47,894 bases of DNA. It comes from a virus. The notes beneath the pieces are model-generated. The model was not told the origin of the DNA. It was given only the letters and a program-made list of their open reading frames with translations, and ran no database searches. The stretch lies in UHGV virus genome UHGV-1372926; one strand, 5' to 3'. Positions 36,850 to 45,974 of this stretch are shown here, one piece after another (positions within the stretch are counted from its first letter, which is position 1; each line of letters opens with the position of its first letter). The position numbers and the translations under genes are program-made.

Positions 36850-38274
36850 TTATCTCCTGCTTCTTCTAATCCAACCAGAGCCACGCTGTACAATATAGTC
36901 ATTCAGTGCATAGCGCACAGCATCCCAATAGTGGTTGTATTTATCAACTATTTCAGTGAGCACAAGGCCTGTGTTCTTGTCGACCTTATGGCTGTACATC
37001 GCAGCCTCGTTTTTCATTTCCGTGCAGCGGTCGTGAATGATGATGTTGTCGCAACCCCTGAGCCATGTCACGCCATCCTCAACGCTGCCGGGCCATTTGT
37101 TGCACGGGTGAATATCGAACCCAGCTCTCTTAATGTGGCTGATGGTTTCCGGCCTTGATGAGTCAGCATACCAGCGAGCCTTGCGCGCCATCGGAAATGC
37201 CTGGTCCATTGCTGCCGGGTGATCGGTAATCTCAAGATGAACCTTGCCATACTCACGATTAATATAAACGTTGCGCCGGTCGCCGGGCAGGTTTTCCACC
37301 CAAACCTCAACCATTGCGGCAGGGTCGCCAGAGAAACCGAAGTCCATGCCGTGATACGGGCCATGCCATTCAGGCTTAACCTCAAACGATGCAGTACGCC
37401 ATTTCCCGCCGAAGACCTGCTCATCACTGCGTTTATTAAACTTTCCTTCCCAAATCCAGAGATAGCGGTCGAAGTCGACTGCCTTCATTTTCTCCATGGA
37501 CGCCGGGAGCGGGGTGTCATAAAACCACGGGTTATCGCGGTAATTACACTCAATGATTAATGTGTCATCGTCCTCATAGATACCATCAACCATCTTATCG
37601 TAATAGGGCGCCACCCACTGAGTCCACGTGGCATCGGTTTCTTTGTTGGGGTTGAATGTCACCCATATCTCAGAACCTTCTGCGCGGATGGTAGGCTCAA
37701 GGATGTCCCACGATGCCTGGCTGACGTTTTCTGCCTCCTCCACCCACGCTTTCGATATGCCGGCAAAACCCTTGACGCCAGTGATGTTGCGATAAAGGCC
37801 ACGGAACCTGAATTTTGATTTCGTTCGTTTGTGGGTTATCTTGCCATCGATACAGCGATATTCTGATGATTCGCCTTTACGGTCGATTTCATCCACCAGC
37901 TCCTGATAGCTGGAGTCCTCGATAGACTGCTGAATTTCACGGAAGCAGCCAATACGCTCCGGCCTGAATCGCGCGGACTCGGTGAGTATGGTTGCCACGG
38001 TACGGGTCTTTGTTGATGCACGACCGCCAAAGACGACCTTATTACGCTTCGGATAAAGCAGCCTTTCGAGTTTTGCGGGGATTAAATGGTCGGCCTGCGT
38101 GGTTGCATGGGTGACATCTTCAACGCCGTTAGCGGTCATTCTGAGGCGCTTGATGACATTCTTCTGCATATCGCAGATGCCGAAGATGGCCGACTCCGCA
38201 ACATCGGTCATCGCATCATCCACCTGCGCCTCCAGCTTTTCGATTGCCAGTGCAGAGAGGCGCTTACGAGCCAT
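36850..38274 (-). CDS. terminase large subunit
   Basis: 474 aa ORF with ATPase N-terminal half and nuclease C-terminal half. Overlapped by the small subunit gene. Confidence 0.75.
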   Translation of the reverse strand: MARKRLSALAIEKLEAQVDDAMTDVAESAIFGICDMQKNVIKRLRMTANGVEDVTHATTQADHLIPAKLERLLYPKRNKVVFGGRASTKTRTVATILTESARFRPERIGCFREIQQSIEDSSYQELVDEIDRKGESSEYRCIDGKITHKRTKSKFRFRGLYRNITGVKGFAGISKAWVEEAENVSQASWDILEPTIRAEGSEIWVTFNPNKETDATWTQWVAPYYDKMVDGIYEDDDTLIIECNYRDNPWFYDTPLPASMEKMKAVDFDRYLWIWEGKFNKRSDEQVFGGKWRTASFEVKPEWHGPYHGMDFGFSGDPAAMVEVWVENLPGDRRNVYINREYGKVHLEITDHPAAMDQAFPMARKARWYADSSRPETISHIKRAGFDIHPCNKWPGSVEDGVTWLRGCDNIIIHDRCTEMKNEAAMYSHKVDKNTGLVLTEIVDKYNHYWDAVRYALNDYIVQRGSGWIRRSRR

Positions 38275-38713
38275 TCGCGCTCTCCATCATCTTTTCAAGT
38301 CGCTCCAGCCTCTCGGCAAGCTCAGTAAGCTCTTTGACGTCGAGGCCAACCTTAATCATTGATACAACCTGAGACGCAACATCAATGGGAAGCTCACCAA
38401 GCGAGACTGACTGAATGACATCTTCAATCTGCTGCACTGGTGTTGCACCCTTCTGATACTTGAACTCAACAGGAGGGGCCATTGTCTTCTGCATGGGGCT
38501 AATGCGAAGAAATATTTCTTTCAGCATTTGCACGCCCTGAGTTGGATTTTCCTCCACCATTCTGATTGACGTGCGAATGAATGCGTCAAGAAACTCCTCT
38601 TCACCCATCCCGCAGCGCTTTAATGCTTCTATTAACCTGTTCCTGTAGCTTAAGCCTCTTCCTGCTGGCTGGTATTCAGCAGAAAACTTCATAATCGGAT
38701 TTGGATTTGCCAT
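38264..38713 (-). CDS. terminase small subunit (putative)
   Basis: 149 aa from internal ATG at 38713. Helical acidic C-terminus. Immediately upstream of and overlapping the large subunit. Confidence 0.5.
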   Translation of the reverse strand: MANPNPIMKFSAEYQPAGRGLSYRNRLIEALKRCGMGEEEFLDAFIRTSIRMVEENPTQGVQMLKEIFLRISPMQKTMAPPVEFKYQKGATPVQQIEDVIQSVSLGELPIDVASQVVSMIKVGLDVKELTELAERLERLEKMMESANGS

Positions 38714-38776
38714 GTCGTTTTCGTCTTTTCGTAAACCGAATACAGATATATTAACACATGGCGTAGATAAAAAAAG

Positions 38777-38794
38777 AACCCGCCGAAGCGGGTT
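38777..38794 (-). terminator. rho-independent terminator (leftward)
   Basis: Reverse strand reads AACCCGC-TTCG-GCGGGTT followed by CTTTTTTTAT. A GGCGTAGAT copy lies adjacent on the + strand at 38758-38766. Confidence 0.55.
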
Positions 38795-38987
38795 AAAGGG
38801 TGGTGGGTGATGATTGATGAGATGATTGTACATCAGTTTTCGCATAACACCAAACATTACAGTTATTGCTTTTAACGTGAACCACCTCAATCGCACCAGG
38901 AAAAACCTTGGCGATTGCTGCTATGAAGTGGTCGACTCCTTCAATCTGCGCAGCATGCCACACCTCCTGCTTTGATTTTTGCGGCAT
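38793..38987 (-). CDS. hypothetical small protein
   Basis: 64 aa ORF. TAATG-coupled to an unlisted 51 aa ORF (about 38989-39144), which follows a 29 aa TM peptide (39151-39240). Confidence 0.35.
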   Translation of the reverse strand: MPQKSKQEVWHAAQIEGVDHFIAAIAKVFPGAIEVVHVKSNNCNVWCYAKTDVQSSHQSSPTTL

Positions 38988-39237
38988 TACTGATACCTCG
39001 TCGTTGAGTACATATGCCGAAGCATGCTGTTATGCTCAACCACCAGCATCATACTGCCAACCTGAATGACGGCATGATGCTTCCCGGTCTCCTCATACAG
39101 AAAGTCAGCTTCTTCGCACGCTGCCTGAATGTCGCTCCACAGCATAAATCACCTCACGATAAAGTAGGCGGCCAACGCAACAGAAATCCAGAATGCAATG
39201 CAGGCTACGGCAATAAGCCTTCGGATGATGTAGGGTT

Positions 39238-39903
39238 TCATGGCTTAACTCCGTTGAGCATGGCGGCGCGGCAGGCTAATGCTTCAGCCCGGTTGTTCGC
39301 CTCTTGTGGCGTAGCACCATACACACGCGCCAATACTTCGTCAGAATCCTCGCCAATGCGAAGTTGAACCCACCAATCGCCCAGGCCAGGGTAATCATCC
39401 TGATTCATTGTAGGGAGGCGACCGACGCGGATTTCACCCATATCATCCGATACGGCTGGCACTACCGGCGCTGGCTGCGGGCTGGCGTAGACTGGCATGA
39501 CATCATTCTGACCCTTGTTACTTTCATCCGTCAGCGCCCAGAACAGCCTTCCTGCCGGATGCTTAAAGATGTAGGCCACCGGCTCGCTGTCCGCTACCGG
39601 CTGCACTGGCGGCATATCTGGGCCTTTGCGAATAGCTTTTGCCAGTTCGATAGGGTCATCGTAAAGCCAGTCCCCGGTCTCAGGGTGATTGGCTTCTGCC
39701 AGTTGGGTGGCCCATTCCAGACCGTCTTTGTGTCCCTGCAGGTAGTCGAGAGGCAAATACCCAGACTCGCTGTCCATTGCGGCCAGCCTGAATGCAGCCA
39801 ACTCCCTGACGATTAGATTACCAAAATCAATTCCCACAACAGCCTCGCCGCTACTGATTCTCTGAAGCAGTTCTCTGTTGTAGATGCTAAATTTGCTGGT
39901 CAT
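39238..39903 (-). CDS. hypothetical protein
   Basis: 222 aa from ATG at 39903 with RBS GGAAGGGGAG. Pro-rich central linker. Confidence 0.5.
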   Translation of the reverse strand: MTSKFSIYNRELLQRISSGEAVVGIDFGNLIVRELAAFRLAAMDSESGYLPLDYLQGHKDGLEWATQLAEANHPETGDWLYDDPIELAKAIRKGPDMPPVQPVADSEPVAYIFKHPAGRLFWALTDESNKGQNDVMPVYASPQPAPVVPAVSDDMGEIRVGRLPTMNQDDYPGLGDWWVQLRIGEDSDEVLARVYGATPQEANNRAEALACRAAMLNGVKP

Positions 39904-40076
39904 TGTCTGGCTCCCCTTCCAAGTTCTGCGCAAATAAATCCTGCTATAGTCGCGCCGCAGTGCCCGTAAATAAGCGCCCAAACAGGCACGTCAATCTTTG
40001 CCGCTACCATGCTTATCGGCGTAGCTCCCAAGCCGATGAATGCAATAGTGAGATAAATTTTCCAACGCTCCGTCAT
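39900..40076 (-). CDS. small membrane protein (58 aa)
   Basis: Two hydrophobic helices (IYLTIAFIGLGATPISMVAA and VWALIYGHCGATIAGFICA). ATGA-coupled at both ends. Confidence 0.4.
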   Translation of the reverse strand: MTERWKIYLTIAFIGLGATPISMVAAKIDVPVWALIYGHCGATIAGFICAELGRGARQ

Positions 40077-40561
40077 CACTCAGCCTCCACCTTGATGCCA
40101 GCGGCGCGACGAATTTCCCAGAGCACCCTGGGAACTCCGCCATTACCAACCGGGTCACGCTTGTCTTTCAATGCCACGCTTGACGCCGCCCAACCGGGCC
40201 TGGCTGGCAACTCTTTGACGCGGACGAAACCAGCAGCGCGCAGCGATGCACCGGATTCGTCAGCCTGGGTGTATGTGATGCAGCGGTGATAGCCCATTGC
40301 GCGAGCCGCTCGCCATACCGCGCCGTACAGAGCGCTGTTGGCGTTACGCTCACCAGTAGTGCAGGTGCGATTGACCTCAATTGTCAGGCCGTCGTCAAAG
40401 TGGCGAGCAACCGGGCGACCAGCCGTCGCAACGCCAATCAGTTCGCCCGCGGCGTTTTTCAGCCCGATACTGAATTTGTGTCCGCGTGGCGGTTTGTTAT
40501 GTCTGTGATGCTGGGCGATAAATGCCTGCGCCGTCTTCAGCGTTATTGGTGAGATGACCAT
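40076..40561 (-). CDS. hypothetical protein (possible acyltransferase-like fold)
   Basis: 161 aa ORF. Basic, Gly/Ala-rich. Fold assignment is tentative. Confidence 0.4.
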   Translation of the reverse strand: MVISPITLKTAQAFIAQHHRHNKPPRGHKFSIGLKNAAGELIGVATAGRPVARHFDDGLTIEVNRTCTTGERNANSALYGAVWRAARAMGYHRCITYTQADESGASLRAAGFVRVKELPARPGWAASSVALKDKRDPVGNGGVPRVLWEIRRAAGIKVEAE

Positions 40562-41115
40562 TATTCAAACTCCACGTTAACGCCAGCAGAAGAGCAGGAC
40601 AGAGCGAAAGAGGTCTTTAAATCCGCCGCCGATTTGTTGTATCCATCCGCATAAGCCATTGACTCACTGGAGCCCCAGTAATGAGCCGGTGCCGCTTCTG
40701 GTGGCATGATGTCTGGCAACTTCACGGTGACGGTGAGGGACTCCATCTCGGCGATGCGCTTAGCCTGCCAGTCAACGAAGTCTGCAAGTCCAACGCCTTT
40801 TTCGCGCAAACCGTAGTCATCCCTAAGCATGTCATATACATCTGCTTTGGCCTGCGCCTTCTCCAGCACCTCTACCAGCGCGAGGATGTTGGCAGGGTTA
40901 GCCAGGGCGATGAAATCCAGGTTATCTATGCGCTGATATTTTGGGATTGCGTTATATTCACTGGTTGCTTCGCAAACAGCAGAGCCTAACGCATCATCGC
41001 AATACACCAGTAATTCGCCACCATGCTTGCCATCTCCGCGCTCCCACTGCCCCGGAGTCGCTTTCTCTGCTGCCGCCTTCATACGCTGCGCCAGTTCGTT
41101 GATATCAGTTGTCAT
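40561..41115 (-). CDS. Ead/Ea22-like family protein
   Basis: 184 aa ORF. N-terminal ELAQRMKAAAEKATPGQWE motif typical of this lambdoid family. Confidence 0.5.
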   Translation of the reverse strand: MTTDINELAQRMKAAAEKATPGQWERGDGKHGGELLVYCDDALGSAVCEATSEYNAIPKYQRIDNLDFIALANPANILALVEVLEKAQAKADVYDMLRDDYGLREKGVGLADFVDWQAKRIAEMESLTVTVKLPDIMPPEAAPAHYWGSSESMAYADGYNKSAADLKTSFALSCSSAGVNVEFE

Positions 41116-41399
41116 GCTGCTTTCTCCTGTTTTGGCATCAGCGCATCACGGACGCTCTGGCGGTAGTAGTGGTGAAAGGCGAACGTCAGACCGAGCTTTG
41201 TAGCGCTCTGGTTCTTTTCGCTCAGCAGGCCAAGGCGCATGCAGATGTTCGTCGCCGTCCAGCCAGAGTGATAACCGGCGGCTCGCTTCATAACGGTTTC
41301 CGCCAGAATGGTGCGAAAGTCGTCTCGCCCGAAATTAGTGTTTCCGAATGCGGCGTTGATCACTTCGTCAGTGAGATGTGCATCGATAGCGTGGCTCAT
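41112..41399 (-). CDS. hypothetical protein
   Basis: 95 aa ORF, coupled. Confidence 0.4.
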   Translation of the reverse strand: MSHAIDAHLTDEVINAAFGNTNFGRDDFRTILAETVMKRAAGYHSGWTATNICMRLGLLSEKNQSATKLGLTFAFHHYYRQSVRDALMPKQEKAA

Positions 41400-41812
41400 T
41401 TGGACCCCTCGCGCAGCTGCTTGGCAAATGCGTAGGCAACTTTAACGTAGTCATGGTGCCTACCACGTGATTCAAGCTTTTTAGCAAACTCCTCCACCCC
41501 ATCAGCCTTAATCCCGGCTACAATGCGGTCGGTGGCGGGGGTTTCCACGTCGAGCACAAACTGGAATTCATGGAGCGTCTGACCGTCAACAAAATCACCG
41601 ATTGATGGATCAATCAGTTTATTGAGCTTCGAGTAAACTGCGCACGCTTCGCCGAGCAATTCCTTACCCTTTGACTTCAGCGCCACATTCTCCGACGCCA
41701 GCTGCACGCACAGTTTTGCAACCTTGAGGTATTTTTCCTCTTTGATTGAGAGTCCACCGCCACTCTCAAGGTTTTTAATAATTTCCTGAACTTCGTTAAT
41801 TTCGATATCCAT
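41396..41812 (-). CDS. hypothetical protein
   Basis: 138 aa ORF, coupled. Confidence 0.4.
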   Translation of the reverse strand: MDIEINEVQEIIKNLESGGGLSIKEEKYLKVAKLCVQLASENVALKSKGKELLGEACAVYSKLNKLIDPSIGDFVDGQTLHEFQFVLDVETPATDRIVAGIKADGVEEFAKKLESRGRHHDYVKVAYAFAKQLREGSK

Positions 41813-41818
41813 AAATCC

Positions 41819-42097
41819 TCACTTAACCGCCTGTAAACGCTCAAGCTCACGCATCAGCGCAGATACACGGCGTTGCCGCAAAGTTTCTGCATGCTCTTTT
41901 GCCTGCTGCTCATCAAGCCAGTACTCACCACGTTTAAAGTAAACATCGCCAACCACAGCCACCTGACCATCTGCGAATAGCTGTGCGCTTTCGTACTTCT
42001 GAATGCCACGGGTCAATGCATACTTCGTGACCCATATAGTCTCAGCGCTTGCCGCGTTAGCGATAACCAGTAGAACCACTGCCAGTAATTTATTCAT
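41819..42097 (-). CDS. small secreted periplasmic protein (signal peptide, no lipobox)
   Basis: 92 aa ORF. N-terminal MNKLLAVVLLVIANAASA|ETIW matches a signal peptidase I signal. Confidence 0.5.
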   Translation of the reverse strand: MNKLLAVVLLVIANAASAETIWVTKYALTRGIQKYESAQLFADGQVAVVGDVYFKRGEYWLDEQQAKEHAETLRQRRVSALMRELERLQAVK

Positions 42098-42112
42098 CGT
42101 TGCTAAACCGGT

Positions 42113-42313
42113 TTAGTTTCCACCAGATGACACGATAACCTGCTCAAGCACTCTCTGCTTGCCTTCGCCTATAAAAACGCGACAGACGCGCTTACCGTTG
42201 CTGTATGCATGCATTGCCTGCGCCATCATAAAGTTTTGCGCTTTCACTGCGCCCATTTCTGGCTCCAGTTGTGTGCGTGTGTAGATTGCTTTGGTCATTC
42301 TGAGATACTCCAT
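42113..42313 (-). CDS. hypothetical small protein
   Basis: 66 aa ORF. Confidence 0.4.
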   Translation of the reverse strand: MEYLRMTKAIYTRTQLEPEMGAVKAQNFMMAQAMHAYSNGKRVCRVFIGEGKQRVLEQVIVSSGGN

Positions 42314-42333
42314 TTAGCGTGAAGGCATTCTGG

Positions 42334-42517
42334 TTACAGGCAGAAGCTTTTCGTACCCATATCATTTACGATTTCGAATCCAAATTCTGTTTTTATTTTT
42401 CCGTACTGGCATTCATCACCAATAGCAGAAACAATCTCATAAGACTTACCCTCTGTCAGATAGCCGCCTGAGCCAAGTTTTACTTCTGTTGCTGTAACAA
42501 TTTGTCCTTTTTTTCAT
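42334..42517 (-). CDS. small protein gene requiring a +1 shift at an A7 run (ATG AAA AAA AGG ...)
   Basis: ATG with RBS AAGAGGTGA opens a frame that terminates after 23 codons. The +1 frame encodes a protein-like 60 aa continuation (KKGQIVTATEVKLGSGGYLTEGKSYEIVSAIGDECQYGKIKTEFGFEIVNDMGTKSFCL). The T7 run is at 42508-42514 on the + strand. Confidence 0.4.
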
Positions 42518-42548
42518 TCTTCATCACCTCTTTGTTGTTGGTGTGGTA

Positions 42549-42577
42549 ACTATACGATGGCGCTCAATCTACGTCAA
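42549..42577 (-). promoter_or_regulatory. sigma70-like promoter TTGACG-N17-TATAGT (leftward) with the GTAGATTGA box
   Basis: Reverse strand reads TTGACGTAGATTGAGCGCCATCGTATAGT. Drives the 42517 to 41396 leftward operon. Confidence 0.55.
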
Positions 42578-42633
42578 TATGGTGGTGAAAATAAATCCGA
42601 TTGGGGTAGTTTTTTGCTCGTGGGGCAGGCCTT

Positions 42634-42894
42634 GGGGAAGGTCGTCTTCCCCATATTTTTTACACATTTCCTTTGTTTTTATTGGTTTTTTTTGAAAAGG
42701 GTTAAAAGGGTTAGATTTGACCAGCATCCACTTATAAACATCCCCAATAATCCATATTTTAATTTAATGTTAAATTACTATCTATAATATGAATAATAAT
42801 ATTCCCCTTTAACCCTAATAATAATATTATTGTTATATTACATATACTTAGATAGTTAATGCGTGGGGAAGGTGGTGCGCCCCACGGCTTCCCC
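42634..42894. repeat. candidate replication origin: two TGGGGAAGG...CTTCCCCA inverted repeats flanking tandem AAAGGGTTA iterons and an AT-rich tract
   Basis: IR1 at 42634-42652 (GGGGAAG-gtcgt-CTTCCCC). IR2 at 42865-42894. Tandem 9-mers AAAGGGTTA at 42696-42713 with inverted copies TTAACCCT at 42809 and TAACCCT at 42898. Long AT-rich stretch 42740-42860 with AATAATAATATT x2. Confidence 0.45.
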
Positions 42895-42925
42895 AGCTAA
42901 CCCTGTAGCCAGCAAAAACGTAGCA

Positions 42926-42954
42926 TTGCTATCTCTGCTATATTTTTATATAAT
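42926..42954 (+). promoter_or_regulatory. near-consensus sigma70 promoter TTGCTA-N17-TATAAT
   Basis: -35 TTGCTA at 42926-42931. 17 bp spacer. -10 TATAAT at 42949-42954. Upstream of the small HTH gene and the DUF3987-like gene. Confidence 0.55.
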
Positions 42955-42986
42955 CATGGCAACCAATGAGGCTGGAAGGAGGTATC

Positions 42987-43199
42987 GTGTTAAAGAAAAA
43001 ATCAAAAATGAACACCGTGAGGGATGCTGTGTCAACCATGAAGGTTGATGAGTGTAAGGTTGTAAACCTTTCAACTATTGGTATTGAGGCTGCTTTATTC
43101 AGAATGTGCCTTTCGAAGATTTCAAAAAACAGCACTCGAATTTACTGGACAAAGTACAACAGAGATAATTCTGAAATTACTATTTTAAGGGTTCAGTGA
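42987..43199 (+). CDS. small HTH-like protein (putative origin-binding or regulator)
   Basis: GTG at 42987 7 nt after GGAAGGAGG. Alternative ATG at 43008. Segment STIGIEAALFRMCLSKI is HTH-like. ATGA-coupled to the next gene. Confidence 0.4.
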   Translation: MLKKKSKMNTVRDAVSTMKVDECKVVNLSTIGIEAALFRMCLSKISKNSTRIYWTKYNRDNSEITILRVQ

Positions 43200-44752
43200 T
43201 GATTACAGCTCAGGACATATTCAATCAGGCAAGAGAAGCGCACACCTCTGCTGCGCGCGTAGCCATTCATCATGGCATGACACCAAGCCATAACATGTGG
43301 CCGGAAATCAAGGAGGGTCAGGAGAAGGATGTAACATACTCGGAGATAGAACTTACCAGCGACAACAGGAAAGACCTGATAACCCGCTACTCAGTTGCAG
43401 CAGCAAGGGCTGTGCAATTCCCCGTTAGCACATCATTCATGCACCTGCTGGGATGCGTAGCCAGTGCCATGACGCGAAATTTTAGCGTTGAATACTACGG
43501 TTCTGAATTGCCTGTTTCCTTGTACGTGGTGACGTCGCAGCCTCCATCTGCTGGCAAGACAGCTATCAACTCAATGCACATGAACCCGATAAAAATTGAG
43601 TATGACAACCTGTCAAAAAAGATGGAGAAGGAAATTGTAAAGATAAACATTCGCATTGAAGACCTGATGAAGGCTTACAAGGAGGCGACGAATCAGAACG
43701 CGAAGGCCATCATTGGAGATGATATTGCGAAAGAGAAGGAGAAACTGGAAAGCCTTTACACCATCACCTACCCGTTAACCGACGCAACACCAGAAGCTGT
43801 GCAGCACCAGGCAATTCATGAAGGTGGATTTTTCAACCTGATAAGTGATGAAGCAAGCGTTTTAAATACATGTCTTGGCCTTTCGTATGGCAAAGATGGT
43901 GGAAAGTCTAACGCCGAGGTCATCCTGAAAGGCTGGGATGGCGGTTTTGTTGGCTCAGCTCGCGTTGGTCGCGGTGTTTCATCTGGCTATGTGCTTGGTA
44001 ATATCAGCGTCATTGCGCAGGATGAAAGTATTGACGCCATTCTGTCTGCTGGTGACAGAGGTAATGGATTGTCAGAGCGATTCCTGATGCTTCGTGAGCA
44101 GTCAATGCTGGGTTATCGTGAGCATTGGGATGTGGAAAATGATTGCCCGGTAAGTAAGCCAATGCCTAAAGAACTAAAGGCAGAATATGCCAGATTTGTG
44201 CATAACCTTGTGGTTTCTGAGAAGGTTGTTTTCTCTCTCGCTAAAGAATCTCAACGTATGATTGGACTTTTGCGAAACCAGTGGGAAAAGAATTTTCTGC
44301 CTGGTGGCAAATGGGATCACGTTTTGCTTCGTGGCGCCATGGGTAAGGCTGACAAACAGATAATCAGGCTTTCGGCAATATTCCATGCCGCTGAAAACTG
44401 GTGCGATGGCGGTCGTCGCTCAAAAATTATTGGTGAGGAGCATATAAGCCGCGCCATAAGCGTTTATGATGCACTAACAAAAACATTTACCGATGCCGTT
44501 GAGTCAAATGGATACGCTGGCGAGAAATCTGAAATTGATGTTGTTGCTGAAAAATTGCGTACAGCTGCGCAAAAAGGAAAGACAAATGTCACGGTGAAAT
44601 GGCTTTATGATTCACTAAAAAACGTTAGGCCATTCAAGGGCATACCGCATATTTACGACAGACTCAAGTCAAACGTTTTGCCGTCTCTTGAAGAAGATGG
44701 ATATTGCGTATTCCTCAATAATACTGTTTACCTGAATCCAAGGCTTAAATGA
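43196..44752 (+). CDS. replication ATPase / helicase-like protein (DUF3987 / P4 alpha C-terminal-like)
   Basis: 518 aa ORF with P-loop TSQPPSAGKT and downstream acidic LISDEAS (Walker B-like). Adjacent to the candidate origin and the primase. Confidence 0.55.
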   Translation: MMITAQDIFNQAREAHTSAARVAIHHGMTPSHNMWPEIKEGQEKDVTYSEIELTSDNRKDLITRYSVAAARAVQFPVSTSFMHLLGCVASAMTRNFSVEYYGSELPVSLYVVTSQPPSAGKTAINSMHMNPIKIEYDNLSKKMEKEIVKINIRIEDLMKAYKEATNQNAKAIIGDDIAKEKEKLESLYTITYPLTDATPEAVQHQAIHEGGFFNLISDEASVLNTCLGLSYGKDGGKSNAEVILKGWDGGFVGSARVGRGVSSGYVLGNISVIAQDESIDAILSAGDRGNGLSERFLMLREQSMLGYREHWDVENDCPVSKPMPKELKAEYARFVHNLVVSEKVVFSLAKESQRMIGLLRNQWEKNFLPGGKWDHVLLRGAMGKADKQIIRLSAIFHAAENWCDGGRRSKIIGEEHISRAISVYDALTKTFTDAVESNGYAGEKSEIDVVAEKLRTAAQKGKTNVTVKWLYDSLKNVRPFKGIPHIYDRLKSNVLPSLEEDGYCVFLNNTVYLNPRLK

Positions 44753-45048
44753 TGAATAGATTACAAAGAAGAGTTGTATGTGCAGCAAATAAATATGATT
44801 GCGGATACGGCGGGATTGATATGGTTTTTATAGGTGTTAGACATTTCTGCCCGGTAATGCGTCAGAATATGGAGCCACATAAGGATTTCATAAAGCGAGA
44901 ATCTGAAGTGCAAGGGTTCATTGACCAATTCGGTGTGTTTATGGACAGGAAAGAGGCGCTTGAGGTAGCAAGAAATGCGGGACAACTAAATATTGCTCGA
45001 ATAAAGACATGGCCTGATAATGAGTTGTTCAGCGAAGATTTATATTGA
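44749..45048 (+). CDS. hypothetical protein
   Basis: 99 aa ORF, ATGA-coupled. Confidence 0.4.
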   Translation: MMNRLQRRVVCAANKYDCGYGGIDMVFIGVRHFCPVMRQNMEPHKDFIKRESEVQGFIDQFGVFMDRKEALEVARNAGQLNIARIKTWPDNELFSEDLY

Positions 45049-45051
45049 ACA

Positions 45052-45085
45052 AAAAACCCTCCTGATGGAGGGTTTATTTTTTTAG
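45052..45085. terminator. bidirectional rho-independent terminator
   Basis: AAAAAA-CCCTCC-TGAT-GGAGGG-TTTATTTTTTT between the convergent + gene and the primase. Confidence 0.75.
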
Positions 45086-45958
45086 TGCTTCAAATAGCTC
45101 TTCTGGTTTGTACAGCCTTTTTCTGATGGCGCCACTGTAACGAATATCCCGCCCGTCATCAGTAATCAGTATTGGCAGGCCGGCATTCTCGGCGGCGCAT
45201 ACCTCATCGAAATCATTATTAATGATGCAGCGCAGTTTAGTTCGCTGTTCATCGCTCACATTGCGCACAACTTCCCACATGTTCTCCGGCGACCAGCAAC
45301 ACCAGACATGTGCGCCGGTAAGCCGGTGTGCTCGCCAGGCATCGAAGTAATCCGCAACCAGGTATGTCCACTCCGAATTATTGCCAATCGGTGTCACTGC
45401 GCCGCGCGTAAGTCTTCCGCGAGTGTACTCATGGCTGAAACCCGCGCGAAATGACACGCTTTCATCATCAGCCAGAAAAGCCACATTGCATGGTGTCATA
45501 GTTCCAGCAATATAGAGCGGTATCGCCACCAGTTCACCGGTTTTACCGGTTATGGTGTCGCCTCCTGCTTTTTCCATGATGGCCTCCACTTCTGCCTCTG
45601 TCAGGTAGTCAGAAGCATGGTTGACCTTCGGAAGTTGCTTTCTAATCGCCTCAAGTTTTTCGCGTGGGTGCATGTTCAGAAATCCGGCCAGTGCCTCCAT
45701 TGACTCTGGAAACGTCATTCCTGACAGCTTCATTAGCCAGGTGATGCCGCTGCCGTTTCCGCACTGGTTGCAGATGGCGCCGCCGTCGCCTTTGTAGTCT
45801 AAGTGGTCATCGAATCTAAACCTGTCCTTTCCAGCGCAACTTGGGCATGGCTGATGTTTACCATTGAAAATTCTCACGTCGACATTGACTATCGACATGA
45901 TGGCCGCCTGCCAGTTACCTACCATTAAAGGCTCTATATCCTTCCAGTCGTATCGCAT
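45074..45958 (-). CDS. DNA primase (CHC2 zinc finger + Toprim, P4 alpha N-terminal-like)
   Basis: 294 aa ORF with zinc-binding CPSCAGKDRFRF...CNQCG. Acidic Toprim-like segment (LVADYF..., ITDDGRD). Confidence 0.7.
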   Translation of the reverse strand: MRYDWKDIEPLMVGNWQAAIMSIVNVDVRIFNGKHQPCPSCAGKDRFRFDDHLDYKGDGGAICNQCGNGSGITWLMKLSGMTFPESMEALAGFLNMHPREKLEAIRKQLPKVNHASDYLTEAEVEAIMEKAGGDTITGKTGELVAIPLYIAGTMTPCNVAFLADDESVSFRAGFSHEYTRGRLTRGAVTPIGNNSEWTYLVADYFDAWRAHRLTGAHVWCCWSPENMWEVVRNVSDEQRTKLRCIINNDFDEVCAAENAGLPILITDDGRDIRYSGAIRKRLYKPEELFEALKK

Positions 45959-45974
45959 AATTTAACCTTGATTA

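Noticed and set aside
38758-38766. GGCGTAGAT copy as a rightward promoter
   Set aside because: No credible + strand gene lies downstream (only a 21-codon ORF). The motif sits beside a leftward terminator, and its role there is unclear.
41819-42097. Possible Cor-type FhuA-blocking lipoprotein
   Set aside because: The signal peptide ends in ASA-E (signal peptidase I type) with no Cys lipobox. It is therefore reported only as a secreted small protein.
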